A DNA stretch of 10,089 bases, from assembly GCA_051745145.1 (NCBI GenBank), contig JBNJDT010000052.1:1-10089 (forward strand), in the 5' to 3' direction. Position 1 is the first letter of the stretch. The number at the start of each line of letters is the position of its first letter. The notes under the pieces were generated by a model that saw only the letters and a program-made list of their open reading frames with translations, did not search any database and was not told the DNA's origin. Positions 1 through 7,993 of the stretch are shown one piece after another. The DNA is from Elusimicrobiota bacterium (lineage in GTDB: Bacteria > CG03 > SLGR01 > JAGXOG01). Made by a program: the position numbers and the translations under genes.

Positions 1-492
1 CTATTACATAATTCACTTAATTGCTTAACTTCTTCATAAAATTCTTTTTTCAATTTTTTCTCATACTCGTTACTAATTTCTACATTTATATCTTTTTTAA
101 GTAAATCCGAATGCATTATTTTTTCTAACATCTTTAATAATAACTTAGGAAAACTATTCTTCTTTCCAAAATCAAATATTTTCACAAAACTGTTTTTAAA
201 ATAAATAGTTTTCTTCTTTAGTTTTTTATTTATTATTTTAAAATTATTTATATCAATGTTTTTTAAACCTAAAAATTTTAATGTATTTCTATAAACTTTT
301 TTTGGATTCTGTTTAATATTTTTTATATCCATAGTAATTATCACTTTCTCTATGAAAATCCTTACAAAAAAAACGAGGTTCTTTAGGGGTACTCATGTAT
401 ATTGAAGGATGTTTATCCAGATATGTATGAAGAAAAGTGGTACCGCATTTTGGAGCACCTACAATAAATAAATTCGGTTTATTGCAGCGCAT
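1..492 (-). pseudogene. Disrupted sulfotransferase (out-of-frame internal deletion); 3' end outside the window
   Basis: Hand translation: 492..313 gives MRCNKPNLFIVGAPKCGTTFLHTYLDKHPSIYMSTPKEPRFFCKDFHRESDNYYGYKKY* (59 aa, with the 5'-PSB loop). A different frame open from about 330 to 1 gives ...IKQNPKKVYRNTLKFLGL...EKKLKKEFYEEVKQLSELCN, a sulfotransferase C-terminus. The central part, including the RNP..R..S motif, is absent. Confidence 0.85.
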
Positions 493-517
493 CTTTATAA
501 TAAAAATATTTATACAT

Positions 518-1390
518 TTAAAATCCTTCTTTAATAACTTTCTTTACATCTAACCGGGGAATAGCATAATTATTAATTTTAGAATTATTTTCTAAACACT
601 TATTTCCTGTACAAAAAACGTATTTAAATCCTTTAATTCTTACCATAATTCTGGTAATAAAGTTATTCCTACCATACGGATATGAAAAATATTCTATTTT
701 ATGTCCTAATTTTGATTCCAGAATTTTCTTTGACTTGTTTATTTCTTTATAACAAACTGAAATTTTTTGAGCCGGTAAAGAAACATGAGAATGTGAATGA
801 GCTCCTATGGTTATTAACGGATGGTTGTCCAGATATTTTATTTCATCCCAGGTTAAAAAATAATCCTGCATAGTACTACTTTCATCTATATTATTTAATT
901 CCCTTATTTTATTCATATATTTTTCTCTAAAATCTGTATTTTTAAACTTCAATAAACCATGTATTTTTTTATAAACTTTTTCTTTTTTCTCATTACAACC
1001 TATTTCAGCCAAACCAGTTTTTGGAATTTCCAAATTATTTCTTGTTTTTAAATAATTAGAAAGTTGTAACTCATATCCACTTATATCACCATTAATAAAA
1101 CCTGTTGTAATAAAAAACAAACAGGGTACCCCATATTTTTCTAAAACAGGTAACGCATTTTTTTTAATGCTTTTATATCCATCATCAAAAGTGAGAAGAA
1201 AATTTTTTTTATGAGTCGGTTCATTAAATTCAACAAATTCAGGGTTTTCTTTTAAATTTATTGTATTGTATCTACTAATTTTTTGAATAATACTTTTAAA
1301 TTCATTTGTTAAAACTATATTTCTTGAGAATATTCCGTATTTTCCAGGAATTTTTTCTTGTACATCATGTGCAAATAAAACCTTTATCAT
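518..1390 (-). CDS. Polysaccharide deacetylase, CE4/NodB-like (IcaB/PgaB-type layout)
   Basis: Motif 1 LTFDDG, metal-binding motif IGAHSHSH, FSYPYG, LTWDEI and C-terminal IPRL. A long helical insert lies between motifs 1 and 2, and there is no signal peptide. Confidence 0.92.
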   Translation of the reverse strand: MIKVLFAHDVQEKIPGKYGIFSRNIVLTNEFKSIIQKISRYNTINLKENPEFVEFNEPTHKKNFLLTFDDGYKSIKKNALPVLEKYGVPCLFFITTGFINGDISGYELQLSNYLKTRNNLEIPKTGLAEIGCNEKKEKVYKKIHGLLKFKNTDFREKYMNKIRELNNIDESSTMQDYFLTWDEIKYLDNHPLITIGAHSHSHVSLPAQKISVCYKEINKSKKILESKLGHKIEYFSYPYGRNNFITRIMVRIKGFKYVFCTGNKCLENNSKINNYAIPRLDVKKVIKEGF

Positions 1391-1395
1391 ACTCT

Positions 1396-2241
1396 TCAGG
1401 GTTTGAATAAAAACATACTTGGACGCTTGGAGGGTATTATTATATTCTGGTTAAATTCTACTAAATTATCCGATTCTCCTGTACTTTTTTCTCTGTAATT
1501 TTTTATTATGTAGGGGGTATAATTCCATTTTTCCAACAACCTGATTAACGCTCTAGGACCATGCTTAAATTGTTTCATCTGTTTGGGATGAATCTCTACA
1601 ATTAATAATGGATACTTTTCTTTGATTATATTTTTCATACCCTTTACCGCAAAAGTTTCTGAACCTTCTATATCAATTTTTATTATGTCAGGCTTAATTC
1701 CTTCTACATTACAATAATGATCTATTGTTATTGTTTTCGCAGTACAAAAATTATTTTTTTGTTTTATTTTATCTTCCCTATTTAATATCCGATTAGTAGA
1801 TAAATTATTTTTCTGATGAGGATAAAATTCAACAGTTTTATTATTTTTATCACAAACAGCAACATTATTTATAAAGACCTTCCCCACTTTACTGTTTAAA
1901 TCCACAGATTTTTTTATCAAATTTACCAATCTCCTATCCATTTCAAAAGCATGGATTTCCCCTTCATAACATATTTTTGCCGCCATTACTGTGAAAAAAC
2001 CTAGGTTAGCACCTATATCAAAAAATACGGATTCTTTATTTAAATATTCAATTAATAGCTGAGTTACCGGCGGTTCATGTAGACTACCATCTATATATCT
2101 GGGAAAAAACCATTTTTTTGCTAACTTTGAAGATGTAGAATAATTAACTTCACTATTATTAAACTTAATTTCAAGTTTGTTTTTAAAAAAAATTTGTATT
2201 TTTTGAAAAATTTTTCTTATTTTGTCTTTAACTTTTCTCAT
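1396..2241 (-). CDS. FkbM-family SAM-dependent methyltransferase
   Basis: FFDIGANLGFFT (SAM-binding motif I), IHAFE, TITID, and IIKIDIEGSE followed by LIVEIH, the typical FkbM layout. Confidence 0.92.
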   Translation of the reverse strand: MRKVKDKIRKIFQKIQIFFKNKLEIKFNNSEVNYSTSSKLAKKWFFPRYIDGSLHEPPVTQLLIEYLNKESVFFDIGANLGFFTVMAAKICYEGEIHAFEMDRRLVNLIKKSVDLNSKVGKVFINNVAVCDKNNKTVEFYPHQKNNLSTNRILNREDKIKQKNNFCTAKTITIDHYCNVEGIKPDIIKIDIEGSETFAVKGMKNIIKEKYPLLIVEIHPKQMKQFKHGPRALIRLLEKWNYTPYIIKNYREKSTGESDNLVEFNQNIIIPSKRPSMFLFKP

Positions 2242-2386
2242 TGTTTTAATCTATTTTTCCCGGTTGTTCAAAATTTAAATTATTAACTTTTTTGTTTTTT
2301 ATATATTCAAATCATCTAAATATTTTCAGTAATATAAAAGTCTACCTTATTCTTTTTACACTGGACTTAATTTAATTTATTACGTC

Positions 2387-3313
2387 TCAATCAGTTAGAA
2401 TTTTTTCTATTATATTTTTCTGTTGTGTTGTTAATTCTTTTTTCCATCTATCGTCATATTTAAAACCTAAACTTTTATTATAAAAACTATCCTTATAATA
2501 ACTTTTCGAAAGTTTATATTCTCTTATTAAATCTTCTATTTTTTTATTATTAAATTTCCTACTTTCCAAAGTTGAAGATATATTACCCCCAAAGATATGT
2601 TCGGGATACTTATAATATTCAAGCATTTTATTTTCAAATTTTTTATTTAAAAAACTGCATATCTTTTTTCCAATACTTTTTGGTTTTTTAACGAGGTTTT
2701 TATATTCAATGATTAATTTGTCTTTTTCGCTTAAAGAATCAATAAATCGTAAATATCTATTCAATTTCTCTTTTATTCCTTTCGCTACTTTTTTCACATC
2801 TTTATAATATTTATTACGTAATTTTGAGGCTATTATGGCCTTAGGATTTCTCATTAAAAATAAATACCTAGTATTATATGCATTATTTTTAGAATTCCAC
2901 TCAGCCCAGGGTAACCTTTTTGAACTATCTATAATAGTGTCTACTTCAGTAATAGAATTAAAAATTTTGATAAAAAGCATTCCTGGATATAAGCTTTTAT
3001 TAAATAATTTAAAATATATAGTTTTTATTTTTTTAATTGGATTTTTTGAAACATCATGTCTAAAAAAATTATACGTATCAAAAATATTTTTTTTGCCAAT
3101 TTTTTCATCCCAGACTGGACACTTATCATGGTTACAATAGAAACACTTTATTTTTTTCCCGCGCTTGCTAATAGGAGATATTATTTCTCCTATGTGCAAA
3201 ATTTTAGAATGAGCACCTAAAAAACTACCTAACAAGGTGCTTCCTGAATGTCCTAGTGCTATTATAAAAACTACTTTCTTTTTTTTCACTGGGCTTTTAT
3301 TTCCTTTATACAC
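2387..3313 (-). CDS. PAPS-dependent sulfotransferase (Sulfotransfer_3 / carbohydrate O-sulfotransferase-like class)
   Basis: 5'-PSB-like LGHSGSTLL, HIGE, IIDSSK, 3'-PB LMRNPKAIIAS, YKNLVKKP, HIFGGN and DDRWKKELT. The start is uncertain (GTG at 3313 or GTG at 3289). Confidence 0.85.
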   Translation of the reverse strand: MYKGNKSPVKKKKVVFIIALGHSGSTLLGSFLGAHSKILHIGEIISPISKRGKKIKCFYCNHDKCPVWDEKIGKKNIFDTYNFFRHDVSKNPIKKIKTIYFKLFNKSLYPGMLFIKIFNSITEVDTIIDSSKRLPWAEWNSKNNAYNTRYLFLMRNPKAIIASKLRNKYYKDVKKVAKGIKEKLNRYLRFIDSLSEKDKLIIEYKNLVKKPKSIGKKICSFLNKKFENKMLEYYKYPEHIFGGNISSTLESRKFNNKKIEDLIREYKLSKSYYKDSFYNKSLGFKYDDRWKKELTTQQKNIIEKILTD

Positions 3314-3378
3314 CTTCTTATAATTTTCGTCCCATCAAATTTAAAATATTCATTAAAAATATTTTTAGTTTAATCTTA

Positions 3379-4401
3379 TCAATTTTTTTCAAAATAATTT
3401 TTCTTACGTGCTCTATATATTAAACCAGGTATCAAGAGTCGGGCCGTTACAATTTTAAATCCTTCAAAAAATATTCTTATATAAATTTCTAATATTTTAT
3501 TAAATAAATTTATTTTTTTGATATATTTTTGCTCTTTATTTTCATTTTTTTTACCACTTTTCTGACTGTAAATCCGCGATAAATTTGGGAGTATTTGGTT
3601 TATATCATTTATGAATAATTTCAATTCTATTTTAAAGAATTTAAACCATTCCCCCATTGAATCAGGCATTTTATGTTTAAAGAAAAAATATAATCTGGTA
3701 ATATTCATATTTCGCCATGTTGTTCTAAATATTTTATCCGATGGTATATGTTTTATTTTTACTGAGGGTTCATATTTAGTTTCATAACCGGCTTTTTTTA
3801 TTTTATATATTAAATCCGCTTCTTCATATCCTTGGGAAAAAAATAAATCGTAGCCTCCTACCTCCTTAAATGCCTTTTTTCTATATGACATATTTGCTCC
3901 ACCAAAAACTTCAGCTTTCTCTATATCTTTAGTTAGTAAATACGTTCCGTTTTCGCCAATCCTTCCCCGTCCTTTATACTTTCCCTTTCCTCTCCCCACC
4001 ACGTTTTTTATATATCCTCCTACTACGCCTATATTCCGATTAGAATTAAAACAATCTATAATATTAGATATAGCAGTCTCCTCAGCTACACAATCATCAT
4101 CTATACTCATTATTACTTCACCGGAGGAATTATCCACAGCTTTCTGCCTTAAAGCAGCAAAACCACAGGGTTTTGTCTGAATATATTTGATTTTATACTT
4201 ACTCTTTTTTTTCTTTAAAAAATTCTGGTTTTTCTTTTTTATTTTTCGACTACTATTATCTACAATAACTATTTCACAATTTTGATAAGTGTTATTAAAT
4301 AATGATTTTAAACATCTTTTTAATTCCCGGGGGCGATCTCGAGTAATTATTATTATCGAAATGAGTTTCAGAGTATTCAGAGTTGTTTTAGTCTCGGTCA
4401 C
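3379..4401 (-). CDS. Glycosyltransferase family 2 (GT-A fold)
   Basis: ISIIIITRDR, EIVIVDNSS, DxD motif SIDDDC, GANMSYRK, VGGYD and YEEADL. The annotated start overlaps the upstream sulfotransferase by 14 nt; the exact start is uncertain. Confidence 0.92.
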   Translation of the reverse strand: MTETKTTLNTLKLISIIIITRDRPRELKRCLKSLFNNTYQNCEIVIVDNSSRKIKKKNQNFLKKKKSKYKIKYIQTKPCGFAALRQKAVDNSSGEVIMSIDDDCVAEETAISNIIDCFNSNRNIGVVGGYIKNVVGRGKGKYKGRGRIGENGTYLLTKDIEKAEVFGGANMSYRKKAFKEVGGYDLFFSQGYEEADLIYKIKKAGYETKYEPSVKIKHIPSDKIFRTTWRNMNITRLYFFFKHKMPDSMGEWFKFFKIELKLFINDINQILPNLSRIYSQKSGKKNENKEQKYIKKINLFNKILEIYIRIFFEGFKIVTARLLIPGLIYRARKKNYFEKN

Positions 4402-5221
4402 TATTCTTCCACTGGCTTAAATCTATTCCCAACAAATTTTCCGTCTTTTCTATTTCCGGAATACAAATTTTAAGAAGCGAATTATACAAATCATTCGGGA
4501 TACCTTCATAATATTCCGCTTTACCGGACAAATATTTTTTTATTACTTTTTCTTTCCCCAAAAAAGGTACATACTTTTTAACAAATTTACTTATCCTACT
4601 GGTTATATGTAAATTTAAAAATGTTTCTTTCCGTTTTGCAGCATTACATTTTTCATAAATAACACTAGGCTTAAAATCAGCTTCCACACCTATAAATTCA
4701 TATAATCTATTTAGGAAACTACCAGGATTTACCTCAAGGTCTTCAAATAATTGACATAGAATTTGTTCTCTGGGAAAAAACTTGAGATATCTTTCTATAT
4801 ACTCTCCATAAAACCCGGGTTCAAGCCAAGAAGAATACAGATCATAATTTTCAAGAACTTCCCTAAACTCAAAATTAAAATTTAATTTTTTCTTTTCATG
4901 CCAGTAATGGGAAAATGCTCTATCTAACGGATTTCTCATACATATTATTATTTTAGCATCAGGGTTATGTTGAAATATTCTTTTAGGAGCCTGAGGAGAA
5001 TGCATATAAGAAGTTGTTACGTCACATAATTTTTGTTTCTTTAAACATGCATTAAAATGTTTTAAATACCATTCTTTTCCCTTTACATAATGCATGTCAA
5101 AATAATGTACTGTATCTTTGATTGGAGCGCATATTTCCGGATGTTCTTTTAAACAATTATATATCCAGGTAGATGCTGTTTTAGGGGGACCTATATAAAA
5201 TATGTCTACTTTTGAGTTCAT
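4388..5221 (-). CDS. PAPS-dependent sulfotransferase (heparan N-/3-O-sulfotransferase-like class)
   Basis: 5'-PSB loop IGPPKTAST, HPEI, KGKEWYLKHF, 3'-PB motif MRNPLDRAFS, FEDLEVNP and C-terminal LLGIDLSQW. Confidence 0.9.
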   Translation of the reverse strand: MNSKVDIFYIGPPKTASTWIYNCLKEHPEICAPIKDTVHYFDMHYVKGKEWYLKHFNACLKKQKLCDVTTSYMHSPQAPKRIFQHNPDAKIIICMRNPLDRAFSHYWHEKKKLNFNFEFREVLENYDLYSSWLEPGFYGEYIERYLKFFPREQILCQLFEDLEVNPGSFLNRLYEFIGVEADFKPSVIYEKCNAAKRKETFLNLHITSRISKFVKKYVPFLGKEKVIKKYLSGKAEYYEGIPNDLYNSLLKICIPEIEKTENLLGIDLSQWKNSDRD

Positions 5222-5303
5222 TTTAATTTTTATCTGTAATATATTTTTTTATTCTTAACCTTTTTTTACAATATTTTCACACTCTTTCTTAATAATATAA
5301 TTA

Positions 5304-7109
5304 TTAATCTTCCTGCCGGGCCATTCTTTTAAACTGGTCATTGTTTTTCAGCAGTTCATCGTATGTTCCACTATCAATTATTTTCCCGTTATCCAGTAGA
5401 TAAATTACATCGCAATTTTTAACCGTAGTCAATCGATGGGCGATCATTATAAGTGTTTTTGCCTCTCCTATATTATTTATTGCTTCTAAAACAGCTGCTT
5501 CCGTTGCACCGTCTAAATCGCTGGTGGCTTCGTCAAGTACAAGAACCTCCGGATCTCTATAAAGGGCCCGGGCGATACCTATTCTCTGTTTCTGTCCGCC
5601 GCTGAGTCTTATTCCTCTCTCCCCAATAAGAGTATCATACCCCTCGGATAATTCCTTTGTTACAAAATTATGTATATTGGCAATTTTTGCTGCTACTCTT
5701 ATTTTATCTCTGTCCACTTCTTTTTTAGGCATTCCGAAAGCTATATTACTGGCTACAGTATCATCCTGCAGATATATATCCTGGGGAATATAACCCAGAT
5801 TCTGCTGCCAGTTAGAAAGATTTTCATCCGTTATCTCATTATCGTCGACAAATATATTTCCGCTCTGAGGTCTAAGCAAACCCAGGATTATATCCACAAT
5901 AGTTGTTTTACCTACACCGGTTTTTCCGGCAAAAGCAATTGAGCTTTCTACATTTATTTCAAGATTAAGGTTTTTAATAACCGGTCTTTTTGTGTTCGGA
6001 TAACTAAATGTAATATTTTCAAGCTTCAGCACATTTCTAATGGGTAAAGGTTCTTGATTGTCTTCTGTCAGTAACTTATCTTTCTCTTTTTCCGCGGAAG
6101 ACTTAAGATCTTCATATAGAGTATTCATAGCATGGGCATTAAACCGTATTGTTGTAACTTGCCTGAATATCCCCTGTAAAGACGGCATAAGACGGCGCAG
6201 AGCAAAAGCGTAAAGTCCTATTACCGGAATAGCTGTTTCCAAACCGGTTCCTGATACAATAAGATAAAGCACTATTATCATTATCCCCCCGAATGCGACA
6301 AGTTCCATAAGATAATGAGGAATTTCTGAGATTGTATTGAAAGATGCCCTGTGTTTTTCGAATTCAGACGAGTATTTTGAGTAACGTGACAGAAAAATAT
6401 CCTCACATCTCATAATTTTAAGTTGTTTTATACCACCGAAAGCTTCACTTACCACTTTGAATTTTGATGTATTGGCATTAAATCTTAATTTTCCCCGACG
6501 ATCCATTTTCTGTTTTATTATTTTGTAAACAATAGAATATGCCCCCCCAAGAATTACAATTACAATAACAGATAAAAGAGCATCAGTCATAAAAAGAAGT
6601 ATAAAAATTAATACTGCCACAATACCCCGGGACACTATATGCATTAAAGGAAACATAATTCCGTTTACCACCTGCTGTACTTCGGAGAGAATATTTTTCC
6701 CTAAATCGGCAGTATTTTTATCCAGAAAAAAGACGTAAGGCCGGTAGATATAACTATTGAGAAGCCGTTTTGATATCCGGAAATTCTGTCCTCCGGTAAA
6801 CCGGTACATTCCCCACATTTTTAACGATTTCAATAAATTTCCGACAATAAGAATAGCTAGCACCAATATTCCGACAAATACGAGAAACCGGTTTGTATTT
6901 TGAAAATTAAAGGTTGTATAGAGAAAAGAAAGTAACTTATCCTGTTGAATAGAGCCAGGATTTGTAACTACCGAAAGAAAAGGCATTATCGAAGCAACTC
7001 CGGCAACTTCAATCAGAGCGGATACAGTCATTAAGACAAAAATAATATACAATTTACGGCGCTCGGTGGAAGTTAGTATACGATACATCTTTTTTATAAT
7101 TTCAATCAT
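5304..7109 (-). CDS. ABC exporter, fused permease/ATPase; PglK/WlaB/HetA-like, probable lipid-linked oligosaccharide flippase
   Basis: 601 aa with an N-terminal TM domain, Walker A GKTGVGKT, Q-loop YIPQ, signature LSGGQKQR, Walker B VLVLDEAT and H-loop IAHRL. The segment after TM1 (ASIMPFLSVVTNP...) resembles the external helix region of PglK-type flippases. The flippase role is inferred from context. Confidence 0.9.
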   Translation of the reverse strand: MIEIIKKMYRILTSTERRKLYIIFVLMTVSALIEVAGVASIMPFLSVVTNPGSIQQDKLLSFLYTTFNFQNTNRFLVFVGILVLAILIVGNLLKSLKMWGMYRFTGGQNFRISKRLLNSYIYRPYVFFLDKNTADLGKNILSEVQQVVNGIMFPLMHIVSRGIVAVLIFILLFMTDALLSVIVIVILGGAYSIVYKIIKQKMDRRGKLRFNANTSKFKVVSEAFGGIKQLKIMRCEDIFLSRYSKYSSEFEKHRASFNTISEIPHYLMELVAFGGIMIIVLYLIVSGTGLETAIPVIGLYAFALRRLMPSLQGIFRQVTTIRFNAHAMNTLYEDLKSSAEKEKDKLLTEDNQEPLPIRNVLKLENITFSYPNTKRPVIKNLNLEINVESSIAFAGKTGVGKTTIVDIILGLLRPQSGNIFVDDNEITDENLSNWQQNLGYIPQDIYLQDDTVASNIAFGMPKKEVDRDKIRVAAKIANIHNFVTKELSEGYDTLIGERGIRLSGGQKQRIGIARALYRDPEVLVLDEATSDLDGATEAAVLEAINNIGEAKTLIMIAHRLTTVKNCDVIYLLDNGKIIDSGTYDELLKNNDQFKRMARQED

Positions 7110-7120
7110 AATATATATAT

Positions 7121-7993
7121 TTACCCCAACCTTGCATTTTCAATTGTAATTGAGGCATCGGCAGCCAGGATTTCCATTACCATAACGTCTTTTTCCATAA
7201 AGTCCTCTTCTATTTCCGTTCTTTTAAGGTTAATAACTCCTATCACTTCATTTCTTATAACCATGGGAATACTCATCCCCGAGTAAATATTCTCAAACTT
7301 TTCCATTTTCTGAAACCAGTCCCTGGACCGAACTTTATCATCTACAAGTATAGATTTTTTGCGCTTCATTGCCCGACCGCAGACCCTCTGGCCCGGGTCA
7401 AATTTTTTACCGGTTGCTTTATCGCTGCGGCTCCCGATAGCTGTTTTTATAACAAGTTTTTCCGAATTTTGCTCCACAAGAGCTAATGAGCCGCCGTCGG
7501 CATTTACAGTATTGGCCGCTACTTTCAGTATAAATTCAATAACATCATCCAAACTTTTATTAGATACCATAATTTTAGCGGCCCGGTGAAGAGCCACCAA
7601 ATTATCAAGCTGCCCGCTCTCCGTTTCCATAAGCTGTAACTGCCTGGCCTTGTTTACGGCCCCGATCAACTCCTCTTTTTTAAAAGGTTTGTAAACATAA
7701 TAACAGGCCCCTTTTTCAATAGCCTCAAAAGTATTATCCTTATCTTTCATAGTACTGGCTATTATAACTTCCGTACCGGGGTGTTTTTCACGAATAATTT
7801 CCGTAAGTTGAATGCCATCCATAACCGGCATAACTATATCCACAATAGCAATTTTAAATTTTTCTTTCTCCAGAAGATTCAAAGCTTGCCTTGCAGATTT
7901 TGCTTCCTTTACCCGAAAATTCTCACTTTCAAGTATGACCTTTAAAAGCTTCCGTATATTTTTACTGTCATCAACTATTAGAATTTTTTCCAT
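7121..7993 (-). CDS. Response regulator receiver + GAF domain protein with no output domain
   Basis: Receiver motifs are intact: ILIVDD, phosphoacceptor VDIVMP, IIAST, YVYKPF. A GAF domain follows (ADGGSLAL, SIPMVIRNEVIGVINL, IENARL), then the stop. ATG at 7993, preceded by GAGTGGGGGAAATT, is a likelier start than GTG at 8005; it overlaps the upstream gene by 23 nt. Confidence 0.88.
   Translation of the reverse strand: MEKILIVDDSKNIRKLLKVILESENFRVKEAKSARQALNLLEKEKFKIAIVDIVMPVMDGIQLTEIIREKHPGTEVIIASTMKDKDNTFEAIEKGACYYVYKPFKKEELIGAVNKARQLQLMETESGQLDNLVALHRAAKIMVSNKSLDDVIEFILKVAANTVNADGGSLALVEQNSEKLVIKTAIGSRSDKATGKKFDPGQRVCGRAMKRKKSILVDDKVRSRDWFQKMEKFENIYSGMSIPMVIRNEVIGVINLKRTEIEEDFMEKDVMVMEILAADASITIENARLG

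Noticed and set aside
366..373. A8 run inside the broken sulfotransferase as a phase-variation switch
   Set aside because: The frame stays sulfotransferase-like through the run (EPRFFCKD), and slippage could not restore the roughly 100 missing codons.
479..517. Resemblance of the mini-ORF MYKYFYYK to the Wzc tyrosine tail (decoy substrate idea)
   Set aside because: Tyr, Lys and Phe codons dominate random AT-rich sequence, and there is no independent support.
2242..2386. 145-bp intergenic gap as an sRNA, terminator or gene remnant
   Set aside because: No stable GC-rich hairpin, no JUMPstart/ops-like motif and no recognisable coding remnant by eye.
5510..5540. ABC D-loop reads SDLD rather than SALD
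   Set aside because: A single substitution at a variable position with all catalytic motifs intact; not evidence of altered function.
6542..6548. C7 tract (G7 on the coding strand) in the ABC gene, and several A/T runs of 8-9 nt elsewhere, as contingency loci
   Set aside because: The tracts are short and the frames intact. G7 simply encodes Gly-Gly-Ala, and A/T runs are expected at this base composition.
7110..7120. (AT)5 stretch as a transposon target or excision scar
   Set aside because: No transposase remnant or terminal inverted repeats nearby; too short to interpret alone.
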